From: Iphione sp. A-MEVVRFRX5 | Lineage: Eukaryota | Direction: 5' to 3' | NCBI GenBank assembly: GCA_976226885.1 | Contig: OZ320319.1 | Location: 22,630,001-22,694,000, forward strand | DNA length: 64,000 nt | Part shown: positions 1 to 13,050 of the stretch, piece by piece | Layout of the letters: each line of letters begins with the position of its first letter | Numbering within the stretch: the stretch's first letter is position 1 | Notes under the pieces: generated by a model | Database searches by the model: none | What the model saw: the letters and a program-made list of their open reading frames with translations, nothing else | What the model was told of the DNA's origin: nothing | Program-made: the position numbers and the translations under genes

Positions 1-1921
1 TTAAAGCAATATGTACATTTGTGAGACTTTGATTGAATAGGAAACATGCATAACTTCATAGGCGGGTGGATCAATTAGTGGTCTATGGATTCATGATTAG
101 TGCGCTATTACGGGCGATCCAACACGCTTAATCTAACACTGAAATACACAGCCCCATTAAAACATTTCTCCAATTGCAAACAGACCGGAATAGATGAAAT
201 AGTTAGTTGGGAAAAATTTGTAGTAAATCATGAATGCACGATGTCTAATTCAATTGGAAACAAATGCTAAGCAACCCCCCACAGATGTAAAAGTTATTTG
301 AGCCGTCTTCCAATGTACATGCCTACCTGAATTCCTCATAGTATCCATCTTTCAACTCAAGGCCGAGCCATTTAATAACGTTATACAGGAGACCTCTGCC
401 AGGGGGGGGATTCTGTGGATTACCTTTGTAGCTTCAGTCATCCCATAATCATCCTTGAAGGCAATCCTGTTACTTTCCAGGAAGAGCCCGGATATTGGCT
501 GTAGCCTCACCTTCATCTGCCTCTGAAAGAGAATGGCGAATTTGAGTCCCCGTAATGAGTAGAAAGATGAGAGGGCCCACAAAAAAGGAAGGAGAAAGGG
601 GATGGCACTGCTCGAGTTATGATCCGTGCGTAGGTGAGTGGCATCATACTGTCGACGTTACTATTGACATGCTGGTCGTGCATGTCTCACAAATCGGGTC
701 CCGTTTCACTGAACGCAACTCTGGTCGAAATGGTGAACTTGACACAGTGAAGGGGCACACTGGACCGCATGACCGTACCATTTCCAAAAATCAGCTGAAC
801 TCGCAATTTTGCTCAAGGTAAAGGTTTTGATAAAGTGAGGTGTAATGTATTTAGTATTGGTGAAGGTACCTAAAAGGAAATGGAACCCCATAAAGGTTGT
901 TTTATTACTAGTACATGTATATCAAACACCAATGCTTGGGGGCATCAAATGTATCATGTGCTACAGCTCTCCTCTAACGTTTTCAGGTTATTTTGTTCTG
1001 AGACTAGAGGTTAAAATTCTGATATGATAATATGAGAAAATAATTGCAGCTCTCTCTTCCACCCGTCACATGCCTATACAGATAAAGCGGGAAACTACTA
1101 CTTCAGTAAGTTTTACCGACAGCGCAACCCAAAACATAAACACATGAGAATCAAGAGTTTTCTGAGGTAGTTATTCACGCACACACGCACTAACACAACA
1201 CTAAACGACACAAACACACAGGTTTACGTTGTGACTTAAAACTTTATTACATTTACAAACCGCTCGCCACTCCTGTGAGTAGAAACGGCCAAGTTTCAAT
1301 CAAATTGTTTGTCCTTTTTGCCCTAAATGCAAATCCATTAGAGGAAACAAATCTAACAGACTGGAAGACCATCACACACGAATTTTCTTTCTTTCAAAGA
1401 GAGTGAAAAAGTAGGTGTCTGCTATTTTATTTTCACTTTGTGTTCACGTTTTGCTCAGATGACTGATAATTATGTGCCGTGTACCCTGTTAATACCAGAG
1501 AGAGAAGACCACGTGGAATTGCATTCTGGTTTCACCAAATGTTGAAAGGGACATTTGGCAACTTGTAATTCGAGACATGAAGAGGTCTCCTCGGGGGAAA
1601 TAGAATTCATTTCTGGTGTGATCCGACTGGGAAAGCAACGAGTAAAACAGCGATTTAGGGGATTAACACCGATGGACTCAAACGACTGCAGCAAATAATG
1701 AACACGTTTTTTTTTCTAAGCAGTGTTCCCGTTGTTAACCCACGAGAAGACTTGTATTGCGAGGGGTTCGATGAAACATACAGGGTATCTAATCAAAGGC
1801 ACATGTAAATGCCATGGTATCAATTGGATCCCTCGTGCCGGTCCATCACTGGGTCCGTGGGGTTGAGTGTGCTGCCAGCGAAGAGAACACAGTTCCCCGA
1901 GAGCCACCTGTACTCGCCACG

Positions 1922-1986
1922 ACCACCCATCACTACCACCACCACCACCACCACCACCACCACCACCACCACCACGTCCACCACCA
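1922..1986. repeat. (CAC)n trinucleotide microsatellite
   Basis: Visible run of ccaccaccacc; explains the poly-H/T/G/V ORFs at 1716-2128. Confidence 0.95.
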
Positions 1987-4900
1987 TGACGGGCATCAGC
2001 ACCGCCAAACACAGACCAATGGAGTGCCAATTACCATAATCCAATTCAGCACTTCCGCTGTAATCACCTTGATGGTAAGCGACCTCTTGCGACAATCAAG
2101 GCCATCAAGAGAACAGGGCTGCCGGTAAGAACCGGAAGGGGGGGGGGCGGAGGGGGCGCGGTCGGTGACAGGAGGGAAGTCAGTGTTAAAGTATGCTACG
2201 ACACAATGATGTATATCCTGGTGATCTGTAGGACCAGATATATGAGGAAGGACACTCATTGCAATGCGTTAGTGCCGTCATTACAATGACACCTGTTTTC
2301 TCCATGTAAAAAGTTATGTTAATGTGTGACAACTAGGCGAATGTAATGAATTTTTATAGGATGAAAGACTTTATAGGTGTCAATAAACAGACTTACATGT
2401 ACATTCACTTTTATATGGTTTGTATTTATGGAGAAAGATTTTCACCAACCACAAAATTGTGATACTTATTTGATGTTGTAATGTGAGCCTGAAATATCTG
2501 GTTCACTCCATATGCTGAATGCAGCTGGGTGTAAATCTCTTATAGTTTGTGTGAGAGAACGTCTGTTGATTCACAAAAAATGATATAGCCTATAGACATG
2601 GTTTTTCTTAGAAAGTTGCCTAAGCCCATTGACAGAAATAGCCTGTCCATCACTTCTGATTGGTCACTCTGGTAATAGGTAACCGAGCAGGTAATAGAGC
2701 ACCTGGCAGAGCAGTCACGTGACCAGCTCTGGTACATGAAACTGTATCCTTACAAACTTGTTCACACTGAAAATGACAGAGTAGAGACACGTCTCCGCTC
2801 CAGTGTAAAGTCATGATGGTGATCATGAAATAAATTGCTCATAATATAGCATAGAGCACTGGTAAAAATTACTAGTTTTAATCTTATATCATTATAGGTC
2901 GTTACAATGAAGATCTATTAACGTAGTGATGCGCGAGAGCATGACATAATCTAGTGGAAAGATATTATTTGTAAATTTCAGACATGTTATTCCAATAATG
3001 ACTGTTGTCCATATCCATTTTCTTAGTTTAAATCGTGATATATATATATGGAAGGTCATGCATACATTTTTGACAGCTTTCCTCCCAGAGAATACCAGGA
3101 ATCTCACATTAAACACATGTTAGGTGACTACGGCCTTAGAGGTGGTCTCACATCTTGTCTGTTTCGGTAATCCTTCATGGTTAATTAACCTAGCACTTGA
3201 AGGCCTTGACGTTGTGCATCCTTCACTTGACTTTAATTGTTGGTACTACTAAAACTCTTGCAAATTTCCTACGTGCAGAAGACTATTTAGCAAAGGTCTC
3301 TGGCTAGAATACATTTTATTGGGCCTAACAGTCAGAGGCCATTAAAGTTGAATAAAATATCCAGCCTCCCAGCGATTAAGTTAATTAAATAACACTTTTA
3401 TCTCTGTTGGAGATAAATAGACATTTATGTCATTTCTGATTTAGTAGAGAGAGGGCATGGCTTTGGTTCTTCATCAGTACGTTTACCTGTGAATACTCTA
3501 TCATTTTCAGCGGCTCAGCTTCCGCATAGTCTGCGACTTGAGGACATGTGATTTTTTTTAGAGTCAATAATGAATTGGCTTCTTTAACCTTTTCATGCAA
3601 CAGAAAAACTTTTCAGTGGGATTCACAATTTTGTCATAACAACCATAAACATTGATAGGAATGAAGTCTGTTTTCTCCTCATTCTCAATGATGCTCGCAA
3701 ATAAGGACGGAGACGTTTTGTTTTAAAAAACGTGTACTTCACTACAAAATCGCACTGTTGAATGGAAACTCCAAAAAAGAAATAACTTTGTAAATTGTTT
3801 AGATTTAAGGTCATCAGCCGAAAGAAACCTGCAACAGAATGAAACAGAATGGCCGTCGTCTACTATGTCAACAGCCACACGTTTTTGCTTGACACAAGTG
3901 GCTACGTACGTGAAAGAGAACGATTTTACATCTTTTATGACCTTTTAATTCAAAGTGTTATGACAGACAAGGACGAATTGGGTTAGCCATTTACTATCAT
4001 CGTTTTTGCGACCCCATTGAATTTGGTTGCACATCTAATTGACTTGCCAGACAACACATTAGTTAGTGTAAGAGGCGATTGTTTTTGTTTGAGGAGATCA
4101 AAAATTGATATCGCTATAGAAACTGTTACGGTTGACCTGATTTTGTGAGTTATGTTCCCATTTTTAACGTATCAAATCTTAAGGAGTTAATTGACAATTT
4201 TTGTCTAACAGCCTCCATGAATACTGGAATAAACGGTTTTTTTGTGAGTTGGTGGATATCTATATTGCTGTGTAGAGGATGGACTCTTCCAGTCTTGGTG
4301 AAGAGGGAGATTTGTTTGTAATGCGAAGTTGAAATTAAAGGGAGGATAACCCCTATTTTAAGGTAGACTTCCGTGTTTTCAGTCGTCAGCATCGGGAATA
4401 TTGTCCGGAGCACCTTATATGATAAAAGTCATTGCTTTATATACTCTGTTTGCTCTCTCCAAATTTTCCAATATTTGAATGAATTCTTTAGGGGAAGCGT
4501 CGAAAGCAAATTAGGAGATTATAGGCTGGAGAATTTCCTTAAAGGCACGTTGGCTTTTGGTATACATGTACTTCCCTTACAGATTAATCTTACAAACATA
4601 GTGAGTGAGAACGGGAGATTCAAGCATGGACAAACGAAGCTCTCTAGCATTGAGGTTAATGAAAAGTTTCAATATTTCTGTTAATATTACAGATAGAATT
4701 ATTCCTTTTCGGCAGCACAAAGGAGATATAATTACAATAACTCATAATAACCTTTTCATTTTTCCATCAAAAAGATTCAGAAGGAGACAAAGATGGGTCT
4801 TTCAGCATTGAAAATGCCGAGGGAGGCCGCAGGATGTCTATTCCAGAAGCTCATGTCAAGACATTTGGCAGTGGGTAGAGTTATCTCCTCAAAAGCGATC

Positions 4901-5933
4901 GGTGAATTGTGAATAACATAGAGCAATGCATTACATCAAGAAAGGTACTAAAATACAAAGCACTAATCATGAACATGAAGATTTCCTTCCAGCTAAATAT
5001 ATGTTGTACTTCCGCAATCTATTCATGTTTAATAACTCACTAGTTAGCCACCTTATCGGCGAGGAATCAGGCAGTTCCAAGCTGACGTCTATGTGGTTAG
5101 CCAGAAACTGTAAACCTTCTACAAAATACACTTTGGCCAGGTTGTCCAATACACCTATTATTGTGGTGCTTGGACATTATCTGATCTCACTTGTCTTTGA
5201 CTGCTGATGCTCTTCAGTATTTCTTACCTACAGAATCTTGCTGACTTACAAAATATTATCTGTAACAAGATATGTAACAAGAATTGTACTAGGACGTCAG
5301 GGTGCCAACATTTAAAGAGAAATAATGATGAACAGTGTAAAAGCCTCCAGTGATGCCTATTCATTACTCCTAACAACAACCCTGGCCATCAGAAATTCAC
5401 ACCATCACATTACCCGACTCTTTTGCAGGCAGAGTGGAGATTTCTGAATAAACATACGTGGGATAATACCTGTAAAAGAAGGAGGGAAGAAGCTAGTTAA
5501 TGAAGCAATGAATTTGTTTAAGACTGAGTGCATCAAATGAATGAGTTAAAAAAAGGCGCGAGACACTTTGGGTCACAAGGTAAGTTGTCTCCTAGGCTAT
5601 ACATCATTAAGAGACGCATTTTTTGCGTACCAAAACGTTAAAGGATTCCTTGCAAAATTTCTCCTTTTCAGTAAGTCCACAAAAAAATACCTTTTTCATG
5701 TAATACCTCCTTAAGAAATTAACCCTGATTTATCAACACTTCCCTACATTTAGAGTAAAGATTCTCAATCCTGATAACTCGCAAACTAAAAACCCTCGCA
5801 GTGGAGACATTCAACTACAAGGCAATGCGGTCTATGCCACCCGATGTCCTCTTAAAGAGCCTCAACTGTATATTTTCTGGGCCGTCTCCACTGAACGATC
5901 TTATTCGAGCAGCTCTCATAAGAAAAGTGACAG

Positions 5934-6003
5934 TAGATGTTTCAAACGACTCGAGCAATGAGCGATAGATGTTTCAAGAGATTCAAGCGGTGAGTGATAG
6001 ATG
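5934..6003. repeat. Short imperfect 32-bp tandem duplication (~2.2 copies)
   Basis: tagatgtttcaa recurs at 5934 and 5966, and tagatg at 5998. Confidence 0.7.
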
Positions 6004-9000
6004 CTGAAATGTCATGAGAACCAGACATTCGTACAATCGATAGTCGCAAAAGGTCATCATCAATTAATGGGATGAAAAGAAGTCCCCAAATAATCTCATT
6101 TCTTAGGGAAAATGTATCCAGACAGGCTTCACAAAAAAATTAGAAGTTAGAAGCAATTAGATCGGGATTAGGACGTAATTTTACCAGAAGGAGATAAGAG
6201 GAGGTCGGCGGGGCATACAGTACAGGCCTTGAGGGGATATTTCGGTTCTTAAAGGACTTCGCCAAGCATTAGTTTCCATTCTACTGCAGCCAGTCTGTAT
6301 CAATGCTCCGTCGTATTCTACTAGACCAGCAATCCATCTCTACCAGCCAGAAACCTGAGTGAAGGAAATAGCGAATGATCCCCGCTTGCCCCAAAGAGGT
6401 GATTGATTTCATATGCTGCATTGACTGCTGTCCCTAAGGCGTTGGCAGAGCACCATTTCATACTAGGACCTGAGACGAACTGTTGTAGCACTCACTCACC
6501 AGAGTTATCGCTCATAAGGTTGGTGAACAATACGAAGACTGATGCGCCGCCTCTCCCGCATGAGTTCTCGATATGAGGAGGCACTGCTAATAAAAAGCAT
6601 GTTGGATCACATTTCTTTAAGTGTCCGGGACTTTGTTGATATATAGTATTTTGAATTATATTCCATTAAATGTCTTTGCAAAGTTGGTTGGATAGTACAA
6701 TGTATTTTACTTTTGTACCTGAGATCAATTGTTTGGCCACTGAGCTTATCACTCTTGAGGTCTGAAAACAATAAGAGTTTTGTTCCCCAGTGAGCTCTTG
6801 ATATATGAAGACTTTGGTAGTATAAAATATAGATCCCTGTGTGTGACTTAAATGCATAAACAAGAGCCTTCCAAACCCCATTTAGTTCTTATTCATATCG
6901 ACTGTACCAGCATTACCTTGTTCTTTTTATCGCTCACAGCTTTGGTAAATAATAAAATAATAAGGCCACACTATGCGTTATCCATCCATCAAGACAAGTT
7001 AGCAAGACTTGTGTGCATATATTCTATATACAATTTGTGCACATTCGATATTTTCAATATATCTGAAGGGCATGTTACACTTGTTGTCTATACCAATTGG
7101 AAATTCAGTTTGTCAGGAATAAATAGGCTATTGCCTGCGTTGATATTCACGAATTTTACCAATCTACACAATCTAACTGATGTGTTCCGTAAATTATGCT
7201 GTTGCTACGTTGTAAGCACCGGCAGAAGTACACTTCAGCTTTACCCACATAAGTCTCACCGTAAGAAAACACACCTAGTGGCGTTTTATCAATCATACTG
7301 TAAGCGTGAGCTGCCGGTGGTTTCATGCTCAGACTAATTAATTCCAAAGTATATTTCGTTTAAGTTTTTTTCCCATCTGTTTTAAACAGCAGCTCCTCTC
7401 CAGAACTCGGTCTATCTATATGCCTTAAAGGTACACTCCGGAATGTTTTGTTCTTGTTTTCATTTTCACTGACAAAATATCCCTTCTGTAGCGGATGCAT
7501 ACAACGGTGTTTTAAATGCATAAATATAATGTGTGTATTTAAAATGACTGGATGTATAAACCTTAGTGGCCAGTTGAAGGGATGTTCTTTTTCTATGAAA
7601 TTCACTGCCTTGTGAATAAGTCTGAGCTTATTCATATAATGTTATCTTGTAGTAAAAAACAATTCTTCATTGATAAGGTCTTGGTATAGCACTAAATTAG
7701 CTGTTTACCCGGATGAATGTTTCATGCGGATAAAGCCTGAACAAAAAATATGTTACCGGTGACCTTGGTGACCTTGATTTTGGTAGCAACGAAAGTTTAT
7801 ATTTTTTTCTTGTTGTGCATATCTTTGGAACGAATATTGATACAGACATGTAATGCCCGATTGAGTTCCTTAGATCAGTAGCTTCTAGAGGGTATAAGTT
7901 TTTATTTTAAATCCAAGTACTCAAACTGATATCACCATACACTGTTGTTGATATCTGTAGTAAATCACATTAAAAACTAACATTATAAAACTGAAAAAAG
8001 GGACATTAACTGCAAACTGATGCACCCATAATTAACAGTGTATACCTGTATATGTACATGTATAGAGTATGAACGTTCTACCACGAGAAACGTCGCATGC
8101 CTATAAAGCGATTCTTTGTTTTGATAAGAAGCAGCCTACATGGTCCCGCTCCTGAGCAATAAAATAGAGCCGGAAATTTTTAAACAAAATATTTCATAGT
8201 AACTAAGCTTCAAATTTGTCACTTGGCTGGTAATTTTCCAAATCTTCTATTACGCAGTTTGAAGGTACAGATATCAATGGCGGGGTTTTAAATTTGGGTG
8301 TTTTCGTGAGGCAGTTAAATTGTGCATTTCTTGCAAAACATGCACGTGAATTATTTCTGAAAACAATCTCCCGAAATTCGTGATATACGTATTATTCCTG
8401 CGCAGGAAAAGATCGCTTTACATAATGGTTTTAACATGGACGGATTTCATGGACAATCATTCACCCATGATTCTGCCTATACTTCGTTTACAATTAATGC
8501 AGTTTTCCAAACATAAAAGGTAGAGGGTAATGCCGAAACCATGCCCTTTCTGTCCTGCATTATTGAGTTACGCTCCCTCACAAGAATATTCGATGAGTAT
8601 TTCATACATTGTCAATGTGCCAGCTCTAGGAACGAGAGAAGTCGCAAAACGCAGCCAGTGTTGTTTTTGAAGTAGGCGGCTGGGGGCGCTGCAGTATAAT
8701 GAGAAACGGCTTTAAACCACGTGGAATCAATCGTGCCTGTATTACCTCACGTACATGTAAACACTGGAGGCATATGACACCCAGCCAGCCCTAGCCTTTC
8801 TATCAAAGAGAAATATTTGGGTTTCCTATGAGGTCGATGGGCCTATGACACCCACAGGTTTTTCTAATAGGTTTGATGGAGAACACGTCAGGGGAAGGTG
8901 AATCAATTGTAATTGTAATTAATCTTTACCTCTACTGTGTTTCCAGCATTGCCGTGTGCGCCTTTCTATTCAGAAAGAATCTGAGGATTTTTTTCCTGGT

Positions 9001-9461
9001 TATAAACCATTCCTAAGGCTCAGAACGCATTTAGCATTCTCCTGAAACTTCGCACACCGGTTGCAGTTTTAAACTGATACCTTTGGACCCGCTAGATGGA
9101 CAGATCCTTAACCAAGACCACCATCACTGCTGATTTTTGTTTATTTATATTTCTCATTCTCAAGTGTTTTTGAATCATTGATAAATGTTCTTAGTTTGCA
9201 CCTCCTGAATTGCATTTCGTTCCTTATACGTAAAAATGAACACAACTAATTAATGAGTACAAAGTGACGATACGTTTAATTGGGCACATGGACACCAAAA
9301 CTGCTCACAAGGTTGGCTACATGTATACAGATAGACAGACAGCCAGACATAGTCAGAAGGACAGAGACACAGAGAGACGGATTACGAGACAGAAATAGTC
9401 GATCTCGGAGCGAAAAAGGAATTGAAAGAGATAGAGTATGCAGAATATTGAAGGACGTGAA

Positions 9462-9472
9462 AGAGAGAGTGA

Positions 9473-9508
<36 letters not shown>

Positions 9509-9526
9509 CAGAGAGACAGAGAGACT
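9462..9526. repeat. GA/GACA compound microsatellite
   Basis: agagagagtgagagagagagagagacagagacagagagacagagagacag; explains the SLSLS/RERQ ORFs here. Confidence 0.9.
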
Positions 9527-12500
9527 ATGGCAGTGGGAGTAAGAGTATTGAGCTGCTGGAGATGGCGTGAGTGATTTCTGTTCACTGCACCGTGAAGAAA
9601 CTTCCTCTTTGTCTTCTAGCACTGCCCACTGCCGGCTTTTGTACAAACTAATCAATAACTTCCGCTAACCATCTCTCCCCCCACGCCGCTCCCTCAAACG
9701 CACACGAGAGCAAAAAGGCTCTATAGCCCAGAGCACAATTCAAGCTAGCAAAACATAGGGAAAGTGTGTGGTAAGAGGAGGAAACAGCAATAGAGAGAGT
9801 ATTACGTGGAGAATAGAACTAAAATGTGTTACAAGAAAAAGATGACAGACCGGTGGAATATCACCGTGGCAAATATTTATATCCTATATTATATAGCATT
9901 GGTACAGGGTGGCCAGGGTGATTCCCAAATAAATCACCAACAACTGCTCCAAGGGACTCTGGTAGTCAAATCCTGGTGTAAAATATAGCATACTTTCTTG
10001 ACGGTGCCATCCCGATTCCATGAATCGCCCAAGAAATAGGGATTGGGCCGTAGCAGTTGATACCGATGGCAGAAATCACACGAAACCTTTAAGAACAGAA
10101 AGCTTTACGCAGGAAACTACCCAACCAATAAATCCAAATAAATGGCCCTTGCATGAAGAAACGGGGGGGGGTCTTTTAACTCATGTCTTTATGTTCTACG
10201 AGACGTATTTTCTGAGTAGCATTAATTTTCTTGACCTACTCCTTCAATTTAAACCACAACAAGGGTGACAGGCACATGGCTCTCTGATAATGCATAATCA
10301 TATTCCGAAAGCACGAGACCAACTCTCTTCATGGGCATCTCAACTGGGAAGGCAACTCAGAATGTAATGCATATTTGACTGACTGATCCCGCATGCAGTT
10401 CCTAGATACAACGTCTTTCCTAAGTGGCAGAAAATGGTATGCACCTAAGAAATATATAAGGTACCTACAACAATCAGAGACTTATAAGAGTTGAGCAATG
10501 TCCAACCCTCCCAGTGATGGGTCAATTGCAATCCCTTGCGTTACATCTACAACGGGCAGTGAGCAGTTGGGTAAACGGACAATTTTTCCCTACATTTCAT
10601 TCATTACTTCGCCTCTCTGGCCTCTACTGTTGAATTTTTCATCAAAGCTGCCGCCTTAGAAACCAAACACTATTGTGGAAGCTACAACTGAGGGTGACCG
10701 GGAACCTATGGGGGGCTTCTATCGATCGCCATCTTGGTTTTAAGTTCATAGGGACTGGCGGTACGTTAAGGCTGGAGGCGGTCCTAAGTAGAACTTAATC
10801 TACCAGTAGATCTCCCCGCCTCAGACAAACACCACCTCGTTACTTTCGAAGTTTCTTCCTTTAAGAAACATACTGCCCTACTCGGCACTGATACCCTTAT
10901 CGACTCACCCTTTCAACCTCACACGGTCATTCTCTCCACCTCGTGCACACGCTCCTGTATTCCTCGACTACCCCAGCGATACCATTGGTTTACACAGATA
11001 CTCAGGCTTACACGTCTAAATTCAGTCTTAGCACCATCACTGCTAGTGCAGTGGTTGTGGAACTACAGGCACATGGGTATTTTGTAATGCGTCGTTGCAT
11101 TCCTCTTGTGTTGGTGGTATTCAGTTTTTGTATCATGACCATTCATAATTATGCACTTGATACATCGTATCAAGTACAGTGAATCAGGACCCGCTAAGAA
11201 TGAGTACAGTTAAACCTTACCATCGCAATATTTCCTGGTACCAATAATGCAATAAGGAGGGTACTGAAATAGTATGGGGATTTACATTAAATGGTCTCCT
11301 TCTGCACCAAGTTAGTTTGCTTGTAAAAGGGTACTGGAGTTGTTGCAATGGTGAGGATTCACAGTAAAATGTATCATTTATGTTGCATGCCCTGCTTTTA
11401 TTGGATTATTATCACATTGAGATAGCAGGACCACTCATTCTCTATAGATATTTGTGGCGAGTAGATCAGTTTACACTTGGATATGTTGCTGAATAATTCA
11501 CCGATAAAATTTTCAGCTGATAACTCCTCCCAACATGAAACATCCCTGACATGCACATCCGGCATAGACAAGCTGCTTGCTTCCTAGGCCTTTTCAATGC
11601 TAAAACACTCAACTTTGAGCCATTGTAACATAGAGCCTATTTCACCAAAATATACAAAAAACTACTGTGAATCATTATAAGTATGTCTCCTTTATTCTGT
11701 GAAAAGGAAATAATTCTATCTGTAATATTAACAGAGATTATTACCACCGGGTATACCGGCTCCCTGCATCCAACTTCACCATCTGTTTGGGCCAGAGGTG
11801 CAAGTAAATTGCTTGGATTTCCATCTCCATTCAGACTGCAGCCCTCCTCTCACATAGGCTATCCCTGAATGACTGTCCGTCCAATCTAGCTTGAGGGGGC
11901 ACTCCTGGTGACAGCTCTGGGTTGGTGCAGTCTGCAGCATGAGTGACAAACATAGTTCCTTGTGACAGAGGACATCGTTTAGGAAGGGAGGGTGTTCACT
12001 CTATCCCTCCATTCGTGCTTGCTACCTCTGATCCACTTAGAGGAGACAGCCCCTTCAGCAAACATTCCACATCCTTCGCTGACTCTGCCTCAGGTGGTTG
12101 GCCCCTATCAGCTTATCCCCCCGCCCCTGAGATGGCTTTAACTCCATGACAATGGATCCTTCATTGTATGGGTTCCTTTCCTGCATGATACAATTGGGAG
12201 GAAGATGGCTCCCTTGCCTCCTCCCAAACGAGAACACTGTTTTCACCAAGTTACCTCGCAGAGCACCTGAAGCTCAACCTGATGCTGCCAGAGCCGATGA
12301 AATTGCAGAGATGAAACTAATTTCGCCTCAGGATGTATTTAACCAAGTTCATTCAGATGGGCCTGAGGTGTACAATGTGTTGCTGACCATAGCAAAAGCT
12401 CCACCGACGTTGCCTTCCTATGTTCTTGACACCTCTCTGGAAACCATCCCAGAAGTCGAGATGTATGGGCCTGTTCCTCCTCCTACCATCAACAATGATC

Positions 12501-12559
12501 TACCAGAAGAGACAGATCACTGAGTGCTATCATTGGCTTCATGATTGACAAAGGTGAGT

Positions 12560-13050
12560 TCAGAGAGGGTGATCAGCTGGTCCTGAGTGAATTTCTTGTA
12601 ATATCCTTTTTGGATGCTCTTGAGGCAAAATTTCTTGTAGGTGAGTTGTCTTGGCATCAAACTCAAACCAAATTCGGTACAACACTCCTCCTTTGATCAT
12701 GAGCCAATCCCATTGCTTACATAAAGCTTGAGCTTCTTCTGGCAAATGGCTAATTTGAACACATTTAGGCCTTTTAGATGATATTTCTGTCAATTTCAAC
12801 ATTAGTCCAATTGACTCCTCCAGAAATCATTTTCTTCACTTTTCAACATTGTCTGGGTCACTACTAGTTCCTACCTGTGATCAGATGGAGACCTTAACAG
12901 AAACTTCAGGATGCTCTCCTCCATACTGTTTAATTGGTAGAAGTTGAGACAGAGCTTCAGCATTCCAGTGACATTCTCCTGGCCTATGTTGATATCTGAG
13001 GTTGTCATTTTCCAAAATTTCAATCCACCCATCCACCTGTTAGTGCGGCT
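12560..13050 (-). mobile_element. pol: Degraded Ty3/Gypsy pol fragment (RNase H C-terminus to integrase N-terminus)
   Basis: Minus strand reads WIEILENDNLRYQHRPGECHWNAEALSQL (the RNase H end motif W.E.L..Y...I.HRPG..H.NADALS), then QWDWLMIKGGVLYRIW...QEILPQEHPKRILQEIHSGPADHPL (RH-IN linker and first His residues of the IN zinc finger). No LTRs seen. Confidence 0.8.

Noticed and set aside
424-522. Possible 99-bp minus-strand exon (ctttcag|...|gtaatc)
   Set aside because: Splice-like ends but no recognisable product and no partner exons.
1716-2128. Poly-His/Thr/Gly/Val ORFs
   Set aside because: By-products of the (CAC)n repeat.
4150-5210. Cluster of short ORFs with exon-like pieces
   Set aside because: Frames contain stops and no domain is recognisable; a decayed gene or TE cannot be supported.
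6230-6570. Protein-like minus-strand stretch (GTAVNAAYEINHLFG)
   Set aside because: Needs an implausible ~24-nt intron and matches nothing I recognise.
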